A stretch of 63,593 bases of DNA, the filler included, from Octopus bimaculoides (Eukaryota), in NCBI RefSeq assembly GCF_001194135.2. It is 6 parts of 6 records of this genome, joined end to end, with 100 filler letters (N's around TTAATTAATTAA, not from the genome) between each part and the next. Parts side by side here need not be neighbours in the genome. Positions count along the whole stretch, not along the records: positions 19,371 to 26,900 come from NC_068982.1; positions 27,001 to 53,453 come from NC_068985.1; 4 more parts are not named here. The stretch is one strand, 5' to 3'. The position numbers and the translations under genes were made by a program. The first letter of the stretch is position 1; every line of letters starts with the position of its first letter. This document shows positions 22,281 to 34,000 of the stretch, piece by piece. Below the pieces are notes generated by a model. It saw only the letters and a program-made list of their open reading frames with translations. It was not told the DNA's origin and ran no database searches.

Positions 22281-22654
22281 TATGTATACATGTGTGTATG
22301 TACGTATGTATGTGTATGTATATATGTATGTATGTATTTTTTGTTTTATGTATGTATTCTCATTACATAGTTGCGTGTCTAGACATGCTCATATATACCT
22401 CAATGATAAACAGAAAGTTTTACAGATTATGTATGTATGTATGTATGAGTAAATGTGTGTATGGGTAATTTATTTGTATGTGTGTATATATAGTTAATTA
22501 TTATATATGACAGTATATTAGTTTGATATCTAAATTCCCCTCATTGTGTTTACTGCCAAGCTGATAATAGTCACCTGATAGTCAGTTGTCTCTCTCCTGA
22601 TTGGAGACACAAGTATCAGGTGATCATCGACAGACGTCCCTCACACACACACAC

Positions 22655-22722
<68 letters not shown>

Positions 22723-23164
22723 ACACACACACACTCACACGCACAAACATATGCATCCTGCCAACCGTACTTCCACACATTTGTTTTTGTATTCAACCCT
22801 CGGCTACACTTGACCGATGATAGACATTCCAACCGTGACTAATCCAGTTGCTTCCATACAATTTTCCTATCTTCACTTTGCTGTTTGACTAATTTCAAAA
22901 GTTTAACCCTCTCCTTTTTAAGCAGTAATTTGTCCCCCCCATCCCCATTTCTATCTTCACGGACGCTCCATTTGTAGGAGAAATACTGCACTAACTTACC
23001 GGAATGCCCGATGAAATGTCAGTTATTTGTAAGCTGGTATCCCCCTGGATAAGCCGATAGTCTCTAGTAATTCAGTGGACTGACCGCTAAAGAGTTATCA
23101 GGTGAGGTACATCGTGAGGTCATGGTGATGATGATGATAATGAGGATGATGATGATGATGATGG

Positions 23165-23243
<79 letters not shown>

Positions 23244-26200
23244 GAACTTGATGAATGTTTGGCCAGAATGCAATTTTGTGATGTTCATTATCTTCGGAAT
23301 GAAAGCAGGAATGTTGTATAAGAATTATGGAGCGGGTTTCACCCTATAAATGTGACCGAGACACACCAAATTACTCAACACGGGAACGGCGTTGAGGTAG
23401 GAAGGGACATTGTCACAGAATCGCTATAAAAGAAAAAAAGAAAGAATCGAAAAGGAAAAATAAGGAAGAGAAGTGAGCAAGAAAAAGCTTGGCGGAGAAG
23501 GAGGAGGAGGGGGAGGAGGAGGGGGATTGTAAGAAGGAAGGAAAAGTCAAAGGATCTCTTTCTTGTTTTCATTTTTTTTTAGTTGTTTCAGTCATTAGAC
23601 TGCGCCCATTCTGGAGCACCGCCTCGAAAAAGTTTTAGTCGAATCAATGGAACCCAGTAATTATGCTTTTAAAACCTGGTATTTACTCTTTCGGTCACTT
23701 TTGCCGAACCGCTAAATTACAGGAACGTAAACACACCAACAACTGTCAAGCGGTGGTAGTAGGAACACCCACACACAATCTAATATATATATATCTACAT
23801 ACATAAATTTAATAACCAAAGTAATAATAATTATCATAGAATTGTATAGTTTATAAATCGTATTCTCATTACAATAATGTTGTTTGTTACTTCTGAAAGT
23901 ATTGATAAAGTTTGGATATGCACCACACACGGTCCCTCATTTTGTAAATAATAATAATATAGATTAGTTCGTCGAGAGTTGCGCTTGTTGGTTGTTTGTT
24001 TTGTATTGATGATTTCTGTCGATTGACTCCCTTCCATGGTGTGCGAATAACAATAATTTTTTTTAGTAACTTCAAATCTGGTTACCCATTAAAAAATTTG
24101 TAAATTTGATTTTCGTTGCTGTAGCCTACAATATATATATATATATATATGTAAGTACGTGAATATATATATATATATATGGGGAGTTTTGGTTATCGCA
24201 TTTACAGTCTTAAGTCCATATTAGCAATAATTACGGAATTATTCCCCCGAGAAAATAATAAATATAGAAGATTATTATTAATTAATTTAAACAATTAATT
24301 TTTTTTATACCAACTAAGAGTTGTATTGAAGATGTAAATGTTTATTTATTTTTTGTTGTAGTTACACGTAGGAGAAGACTTAGATACTTAATTGTATACA
24401 TTTATATACACACATATATTATTGTTGTATGTTGTATCTTTGACATAAAAGAGTTTCGATTGGTATGTGTTTGAGATATAATGAAGTGAATCTCGATGGT
24501 TGTGGATCGCATTTACTTGACTGTATCGTCCGTTAAAATGATTGAATAATTAATGCTCGCGCTCATAACACAGACATTTGAATTAATTTTTACAATCCAG
24601 CCGTCCTTTCACACGGAATTGCGTCTTTCTGAACCAAGGACCCTGAAGTGACTTATATATAATGGAACTGTAATTATGTATATCAGAAAAAATATATACA
24701 AGTCGAAACAATTTGTTGGCCTTTTATGGTTTTTATAATTATTTATATTATATTATGTTATGTTATATATTATACTCATAGTATTTTATGAAATATTGTA
24801 ATATAAAAAAATTATTAGATTGTCAATAGAATATCTCTATATTTAATTTATCTTTATATATACATATATACATATATATATGTATGTGTGTATACATATA
24901 TATAAAGCACTGGTGCTGGTGTCATGTAAAAATCAGTCAATACGATCTTTTAAATGGTTTGCATTAGTAAGAGCATCTAGGTGTCGAAACCTTGCCAGAA
25001 CAGACAATGAAATCTGGTGTAGATTTTGTCTTAAACCGTCCAACCCATGCGAGCATGGAAAACGGACGTTAAATGATGACGATAATGAATGGTGGAGTGG
25101 CTGTGTGATAAGAAGCTTGCTATAGTAGATGACGCTTTGCGAAAGTGTCACGCCTTGGGACTGAATCCGGAACCATTTGGTTGGGAAGCAGACTTCTTAC
25201 CACACAGCTACGCCTGCGCCTCTAATATGAACCAAAACAGGAAGTGAATTTGCTGGACGTGTGCCGCCATGACAGTAACTAGAGTTGATGATTGGCCGTG
25301 TTCGATTGACAATTTATAGTTTATTAATCTTTAGTCAGGGCTAATTAAATGTTGACCAACATAAAACAGTAAAAATTCCATGAATTGCATGACCTTACTT
25401 TGCTGGACGGTCGTACGGTGGCGCTGTGTGATATCACCTCAACTACGACCAATGATAAATGTTTTTATTACATTTCCTCTCATCTTTCCAATATCCTTTA
25501 TTAATAATATTGCTCTTCACGCGCTCCTCGTCCTCCCTCTCTCCCTCCCTCTCTCTGCCCCGTCTCTCTCTCTCTTCTGCCTTACTCTTTCTCATATTGC
25601 ATGGTCTCCTAAACATAAAGGTCATTATTATTATTGCTGCCTCCCCTGTATCATCATCATCATCATCATCATCCTCGTCGTCGTCGTCGTCGTCATCGTC
25701 TTCATCATGATCATGATCATAATCGACATCATCATCAACGTCATCATCATCATCAACGTCATCATTATCATCATTGTCATCATTATCATCATGGACGCCA
25801 TCAACATCATCATCATCATCATCATTGCATGTGTCTTGACCCTTCCTTACAGGGTTTTCCCCTTCTGTCTCAATCGTCAACTTCTTTATAATCTTCATTT
25901 TATTCTACTTTGCCTCCTCCTCCTCCTCCTCCACCTCACTGACCAGATTTTCGGATGTTGTCACACACCGCTGGTCACAATGCGCTTCTCCGCATTGTTG
26001 TAACCTTCCAATGACGCCACCCCTCTGGTTCGGTGAGTTAGGATTACCCCTAAATGGAGCACCGGACCGTTGCAGTTGAGCGGAGCGAGGCAACGCGAAA
26101 CGAAGCGCTTTGCTCGAGACTAAAACGCACATCTCGTCTGGGAATCGAAACCAGAACTATGCAATTATAAGAGCAACAATTTAACCACGCACCTACACAC

Positions 26201-26271
26201 ACATATACATACAGAGACAAACACAAACACACACACACATACACGCATACACACACATATATATATATTCT

Positions 26272-26629
26272 GTTATTTGTTTCAGCCGTTTCACTGCGGC
26301 CATGCTGGAGCACCACCTTTAGTCGAACAAATCGACTCCATGACTTACTTTGTAAGCCTAGTACTTATTCTATCGGGTTCTTTTGTCCGAACCGCTATGT
26401 TACGGGGACATAAACACATCAACATTGCTCGTCAAACGATGGTGGGGGGGGGCACAAACACGCACGCACACACACATACGATGGGCTTCTTTCAGTTTCC
26501 GTCTACCAAATCCACTCAGAAGGCTTTGGTCGGCCCGAGGGTGTAGTAGAAGGCACTTGCCGAAAGTGCCACGCAGTGGGACTGAACCCGGAACCATGTG
26601 GTTCGTAAGCAAGTTACTTACCACGCAGC
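26272..26629 (-). mobile_element. tRNA-derived SINE, family A
   Basis: Near full-length reverse-complement copy of the family A sequence. Confidence 0.85.
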
Positions 26630-26694
26630 CTCCCCGGCGGGAATCGAGCCCCGGTCTCCCGCGTGACAGGCGGGGGATACTTACCACTATACTA
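26630..26694 (-). pseudogene. tRNA-Asp(GTC) pseudogene/fragment fused to the SINE 5' end
   Basis: Minus TAGTATAGTGGTAAGTATCCCCCGCCTGTCACGCGGGAGACCGGGGCTCGATTCCCGCCGGGGAG matches eukaryotic tRNA-Asp. It lacks the 5' acceptor strand and has T-loop GCTCGA. Confidence 0.85.
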
Positions 26695-27000
26695 TGTATG
26701 TATATATATATATATATATACATATATACATATGTACATATATATACGCATACACTCAAATACACACATATATACATACATATATATACATATAAACGTA
26801 TGTGCATGTATATATGTATATACATACATATGTATATATATACAAATATACGTATACAGATATATATACATATATGTATGTATATATATATATATATATA
26901 NNNNNNNNNNNNNNNNNNNNNNNNNNNNNNNNNNNNNNNNNNNNTTAATTAATTAANNNNNNNNNNNNNNNNNNNNNNNNNNNNNNNNNNNNNNNNNNNN

Positions 27001-27043
<43 letters not shown>

Positions 27044-27199
27044 CATACATATATATGTGTGCGTGTGTGTGAGTGTATCTATATAGATATATGTTTATAC
27101 ATAAAGTTATGCATTAAATCCGAATGTAAGTTTATTGCTATATAAAGGGGCGAATAAATATGCTTGTATATAGGAATATATATATGTTCGCCATGATAG

Positions 27200-27750
27200 A
27201 ACCCTAGCCACTAAACCTTTTCTATTTTCTCTCCCTGTGTATCTCTGTGCTCCATTCTGTCGAAGAGCGAAGTCTCGAAAGGTAAAAGAATTCATCACTT
27301 CCCCAGAGTTAAACTAATACATCACTTTGTTGTTTACACAGCCGTATTCGTCCTTTGTGTTTGTTTTATAAATTCTCACTAACTAACTTTCTCCCTTCCC
27401 CATTTTCACACTACACACGTCAAGATCACCAGCATTCTATCTCCCACACACAGCCCCTCGTTCTTCGATCACCGTTTGTTATCTCCCCCTTTTCTTAGCT
27501 CTCCTGAAAAAAGAATTTCTCAGTTCCGGTCAGCCATTGTTATGATCGGCCATTGACTGAACACTATTCAATTTTTTTTCTCCCTGTTTTTCTCCTTGTC
27601 TCCGTATTCTTTCTGTTGAAGAGCGTAGCTCGAAACGTCAAAAACTTTCCGTATTCCCGAGCGTCATACTAATACATCCTTTTTTTATTTACACCACCTG
27701 TCCTCGTCTGTTGTTGTTTTTTCGTATATTCTCCCATATATATATATATA
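27200..27750 (+). mobile_element. Two Penelope-type pseudo-LTR-like repeats (third copy ~29325-29500)
   Basis: Shared CTG(T/C)(C/T)GAAGAGC..GCTCGAAA(C)GT core and downstream ttaaactaatac..ttgtttaca sequence. The PLE assignment is inferred from the hammerhead-like core. Confidence 0.55.
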
Positions 27751-28241
27751 NNNNNNNNNNNNNNNNNNNNNNNNNNNNNNNNNNNNNNNNNNNNNNNNNN
27801 NNNNNNNNNNNNNNNNNNNNNNNNNNNNNNNNNNNNNNNNNNNNNNNNNNNNNNNNNNNNNNNNNNNNNNNNNNNNNNNNNNNNNNNNNNNNNNNNNNNN
27901 NNNNNNNNNNNNNNNNNNNNNNNNNNNNNNNNNNNNNNNNNNNNNNNNNNNNNNNNNNNNNNNNNNNNNNNNNNNNNNNNNNNNNNNNNNNNNNNNNNNN
28001 NNNNNNNNNNNNNNNNNNNNNNNNNNNNNNNNNNNNNNNNNNNNNNNNNNNNNNNNNNNNNNNNNNNNNNNNNNNNNNNNNNNNNNNNNNNNNNNNNNNN
28101 NNNNNNNNNNNNNNNNNNNNNNNNNNNNNNNNNNNNNNNNNNNNNNNNNNNNNNNNNNNNNNNNNNNNNNNNACAACCAATTGTATTAAAAGATGGGTGT
28201 CTAAGCATACTGTTTAAATCGGTCAGTAGAAATTTTGAATT

Positions 28242-28624
28242 GGCGAAATGCTTAGCGGTATTTCGTCTGCTGTGACGTTCTGAGTTCAAATTCCGCCCAG
28301 GTCGACTTTGCCTTTCATCCTTTCGGGGACGATAAATTAAGTACCAGTTACACACTGGGGTCGATGTAATCGACTTAATCCCTTTGTCTGTCCTTGTTTG
28401 TCCCCTCTATGTTTAGCCCCTTGTGGGCAATAAAGAAATAGGTATTTCGTCTGCCGTTACGTTCTGAGTTAAAATTCCGCCGAGGTCGACTTTGCCTTTC
28501 ATCATTTCGGGGTCGATATATTAGGTACGAGTTACGGACAGGGGTCGATGTGATCGATTTAATACCTTTGTCTGTCCTTATTTGCCCCCTCTATGTTTAG
28601 CTCCTTGTGGTCAATAAAGAAATA
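28242..28624 (+). mobile_element. SINE family B, tandem pair
   Basis: Two head-truncated copies of ...gttctgagttcaaattccgccgaggtcgactttgcctttcatcctttcggggtcgat...caataaagaaata. Related copies are at ~3200-3420(-), ~62197-62400 and ~62458-62672. Confidence 0.8.
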
Positions 28625-28931
28625 GGAAATGTTGCATTGGGATAATGCTGATCTGGGGCAGAAATATCATTTTCACTGTGATTAAAATCCAAAATCAATG
28701 TGTTTCTAATTGCGCAGCCTATTGTTAATTAAGGTTTAGCTCCAACGCATTAATAACACAACATACTGACTCAACACGTACGCGTCACTATGTTTCTCCG
28801 CTTGAAACTGAATGTGCTGCATACTAGCCTATACAATTTTGTGTACTAAGAAAGAGAAAATGAAAGCGAAATAAAATGTAAGATCATGTTTAAGGTATAT
28901 ATAATTATATACCATTCACTATGAGACGCAT

Positions 28932-29315
28932 GAGTGGCTGTATGGTAAGGAGCTTGCTTGCCAACCACATAGTTCTGGGATCAGTCCCACTGCGTGGCAC
29001 CTTGGGCTAGTGTCTTCTACTATAGCCTCAGGCCGATCGAAGTATTGTGAGTGGATATGGTAGACGGAAACTGAAAGAATCCCGTTGTATATATGTGTAT
29101 ATATATGTGTGTTTGTATGTCTGTGTTTGTACCGCGAACATCGCTTGACAACCGATGCTGGTGTGTTTAGGTCCCCGTAACTTAGCGGTTCTGCAAAAGA
29201 GACCGATAGAATAAGTACTAGGGTTACAAAGAATAAGTTCTGGGGTCGATTTGCTTAACTAAAGGCGGTGCTCCGACATCGCCACAGTCTAATGACTGAA
29301 ACAAGTAAAAGAGTA
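28932..29315 (+). mobile_element. tRNA-derived SINE, family A
   Basis: Full head-to-tail copy ending gactgaaacaagtaaaaga. Confidence 0.88.
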
Positions 29316-30318
29316 TGATAGATCGCTAGCCACTATACCTTTTTATATTTTCTCTCCCTGTTTATTTCGTGTTCCTTTCTGTCGAAGAGCGTAGGCTTGA
29401 AATGTAAAAGACGTTCTCACTTCCCGAGCGTTAAACTGATACGTCTGTTTGTTGTTTACACATCCGTCTTCGTCTTTTGCTTTTTCTAAATTCTCAGTAT
29501 ATATAATTAGCTCTGCTTACGTATACATCTTTTCGTATATTGCCATATAATTGCAGCTATAATTTAATCATGCATCCTTTATTTATTACTTTTTCCTCTA
29601 AACTCTCTGCGACACAGACTCAAGAACCAAGTGACTATTCGTAGCCGTAAATTTAGCAGGTAAACTAAGGAAATTATGAAACCTATATTATAGGTACCCA
29701 AATGATGTGCGCTACTGCAAATACCCAACCGGGTGATGAATGAAGAATATATTGAGACACAAAATATTATTATAAACGATTTTACTGGCAATTTACCAAT
29801 TTGAATGTTACCAATTTAACAGATGTGAAGAAGAAAGAGAGTAGAGTGGATATTTACGAGTAAAGTAAGACTGGGAAAGACTTACTGAAATGTATTTTAT
29901 TCAAGTACATTTTGTTCTCCATACTGAATCGAATTATTTCATGATTTGCAGAGTAATCAGTGGTATTTCAACACTTAGCTAGAAATTAATAGATTTGAAT
30001 AACATAACACAATATAACATATATTTTATATAAATTCTGATATTATAATACCCGTACCTATGGGTTCAGTATTTCCCTTAGTATTGTCTCCATATACTTA
30101 CTAAAGCCACATCCATCTATATACAAAGAGACGTCCTACTTTTTTATAATTAATAATCTGCAGCTGTTTTGATATCATGTTCTCAGTAATACGAAACAGT
30201 CTTTTGTAATCTACGTTGCACTACTTCATTTTTGAACAACTTTACAGAGAATACCGGGATTATTTCATCATAGTGCCTGCGCCGGATATATTGGCTTATC
30301 AGAATCACTGATATTATA

Positions 30319-30358
<40 letters not shown>

Positions 30359-32228
30359 AGCAGTAAAATTACAGGTAGATTAAGATGACGGCAGAAAATA
30401 ATAATTTTCTTTAAGACTTCGGACAAACACATTTTAATACTCCTCTTCATTAATTTTCTGCAGTGAATAACGCAGGCGTCAGCGTTCTCTTTGAAAACGT
30501 TGGTTTCAACGAGAATACGTGTGAAGTCCTCGGAATTATTTTATAAACTGTCCGCCACAAAATTAGTGACTGTTCTTATTAGAAATGATCACTTATTTTT
30601 CGATCATTTGAAGTTTTAAAATAAATAATAACAAATGCTCACAGAAATATAGTAAATACACACACTGGCACACATGCAGGCGCATATACTTGTGCTCACA
30701 ATCATACGTACTTATCGACAAAGTTTATTATTTTACACTATCATATTTCTCTATTACTAACAATCTGGATTTTTATCACCGGCTGATTAAAGAATACATA
30801 GTTGAAATTACAATCATTTTAAGTAAAATTTACATTGATCAAACCATTTAAAAGGAAATTATTTGTTCCTCATCAAAATTATTCACTTAACAGAAATCAA
30901 TTCAATGCCGGAATCTAATAAGCATCAACTGTTGACATTTTGAGAACAAAAGAAAATTATATTAAATTATTGTATTAGTATTAACCTTAGGACCATATTT
31001 TATGTTCTAATGTTTGTAATTACAATAAATTTCATGAAAGAAGAAAAAAAAGATCATCTATTTGTTTGGGATATATTAGGAACTAAAGCAAATATTGAAA
31101 TAGTTTAAAATAACTTCTAGTTACTTGAAAGATCAAAGAGAAAATTAATCTGCAAAAACAAGAAAACAAAACAAAACATTTAATAAAAAATCGCAAATTG
31201 CAAATAAGCAGACAACTCTTCAACGAGATATTTATGGCTAAAGGGCAAAACAGATAAATTTTACAGTATATTTTCTCTAAACGCATAGCTTCTAATCTAT
31301 AATGACGTGCTATTTCAAACCACCCGCAATACAAAAATCACAAACTGTTGCATGAACAAGGATATAAATGTACAAAACACAAACAATAAACAAACATACT
31401 GAAATATACATAAGCACTTGTTCTTAATATATTCCTTCAAGCTCTCTCTGAGTAAATATCTTGAATCGATTTAGTTTCGATGTTCTTTGAAAAAAAAAGG
31501 CACTGTTTATCTTGTGTCCATTTCTGAATTGTTTAATTTCTTTGAATATTATATCTGTGGGTAGCATAATGTGTTGAAGTATTATGTCAATTTTATTGAT
31601 AAAAACATCTCCCACAAATATTGTCAGCTCATAAACATTAATTCGTATATAAATACATATTATGAAACACTCGCAAATACACACACAGACACACACACAT
31701 ATGCATACGCATTCACATACACACATGCACACGCACCCACATACACACCCATACGTTATTTCACATTCAAATGAAAAGTTTCTCCATTGTTTGAGTACAG
31801 TAAATGTTTAACTTTTACGAGCTGAAGGTTGACAGTGATTTCGACACGAGACTCAATGCTAATGAGATTGAAAAACATTGAGAAATAAACAGCATCTAAT
31901 CAGAAAGCCCGTAACAATCGATGCATTTATGTGAGCCCCCAAAATGCGAAAGAAAAGACTGAACGTGATTCGAATTGAAACACATATATTTTCCCTGCAC
32001 AAGAATCCTAAAGAGAATAGCTGAGATTTTAAGAGGCTTGTTTTCACCAAATATCAAGAGAAACTAACTTCTAACTAAATTAAAATGTATTACCGGAACA
32101 ACAACCACAATAACAACAATAATAATAATAAAGGACACATAGGAAGGTTCTTGGCATCAAAGGTTACTTGTAGCCTGATAAAAAGAAATGTTTCTTTTCC
32201 AGCAATTAAATATCATGTACGTGTATCA

Positions 32229-32309
<81 letters not shown>

Positions 32310-32389
32310 AATGATGATGATGATGATGATGATGACGGTGATGATGATGATAATAATGATAATAATAATAATAACAATAATAATACTGT

Positions 32390-33750
32390 TTGCCCGTAGC
32401 AAGAAACTGATGTAGTCCAGAAGCATACCCATCAGTGACTACGGAGCTCGGGGCTAATGGCAAAAATGAAGGCTTTATCTTCACTGCTCAATATCAGAGA
32501 TTATTGACATAGAACTATGAAGCCACTATGATGAAAAATGGTGTATAGTCAAATTGCCGATACTACAACGCTGGGATTAAAACAGTGGACTACCTAATCT
32601 CAAGGTGTAAATTTTAGCACCTGTAAGTGAAAATCAAGACATGAAACGGTCGGCCAATATCTACATTGGAAAATATGTCGGCATTATAAAATGAAAATTG
32701 CTGAAAAATGGTACAAGCACCACCCTGAAGCTGCAACTGAGAGAGGAAACGTAACGATTCTTTGAGACTGTCAAGTATATTAACAGACCGGATAATCAAG
32801 GCAAATAAACAAGATATTGTTGTGAAAGATCAAAACAATAAAGTCTGTATATTGATTGACATGAGCATATCCTGGAGACGAACGCAGAAGTAACAAAGAA
32901 CTAGAGAAGATTGGGAAGAATAGACTGCTAAAAGAAAAAATTGCAAAATGTGGATTCTTAGGAGACTGTCTGTCATTCCAGTAGTTGTAAGGGAACTCGG
33001 AGCACTAACAACGAAGTTCGAGAAATATGTCAAAGAAATTGGAATTGACATGAGAGCCGAGCATAACCAAAAATCCGCTCTGCTGGGGACATCTAGGATT
33101 TTGCGATTAGTTCTTGGATTTTGAATCTCCCAGGATAATTAACAACCAAGTATCAAATCTGATAATGTGCGGAAAGAGACCCCATGAGACCTCTGACAGC
33201 AGGCTGGTGTCTGCTCTTACAGAATCTACCACAACACACAGTAACGAACGTTCTGAGAAGCGAAAAAAAATTAATGTGTCGGCAATATAAAATCAAGACT
33301 TCTGAGAAATGGTATAAGCACCAGCCAGACGCTGTAACAGAGGGAGAAAATGTATCGATTGTTTGGGATTTTGTACTACACACAGACAGAACCATCAAAG
33401 CTAATAAATCGGATATTATAGTGAAAGATCAAAACAATAAAGTCTGTTTATTGACTGATATAAGCATGCCTTATGATCATAGTATCTCGACAAAAGAATT
33501 TGATAAGCTCAGAAAATATAAAGATTAGCTGATTCAAATGGAATAAATGAGGCATCACAAGACGGTTACTATACCAGTGATTGTAGGATTACTTGGAATG
33601 ATCAAAAAAGGAACTCAAAATAATTTGAGAATACCATCCATGCAAGAAGGGCAAAAGATTGTTTTAACTGGTAATTTACACATATTGAAGAGTGATTTGT
33701 CCGTGTGAATTTTCTGTCCTTTTCAGCCTATTTTCTTTGTTTCGTTTATT
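32390..33750 (+). mobile_element. Two decayed R4/Dong-like 3' fragments (zinc knuckle and RLE)
   Basis: WYKHQPDAVTEGENVSIVWDFVLHTDRTIKANKSDIIVKDQNNKVCLLTDISMPYD (PD-(D/E)xK-type RLE) at 33184-33528. A more degraded copy is at 32390-33130, right after an (AAT)n/(GAT)n tract. Confidence 0.85.
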
Positions 33751-33966
33751 TTTCTTTCTTACTTTCTTTTCCTTCTCTTTTTTCTATTACATATCTTGGA
33801 TGTATCAATTGACCAATTTGCTGTGTTTATTTGAATGACTTGCCTATGTACAAAGTGAGTTTCTTTGGTCCAAGTGTCAGAAAAGACATTCGGCAAGAGA
33901 CGGGGACAAAATGAAACAATGACAAAATAAAAAGCAGCAGCAATAATAAATATCACAACAACAAAG

Positions 33967-34000
<34 letters not shown>

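Noticed and set aside
26630-26694. Functional tRNA-Asp gene
   Set aside because: The 5' acceptor-stem strand is missing, the T-loop is mutated and there is an extra C, so it is reported as a pseudogene.
30463-30545. Plus-strand acceptor followed by VNNAG (SDR-like motif)
   Set aside because: A stop follows within 27 codons, there is no convincing donor, and no other SDR exons were found.
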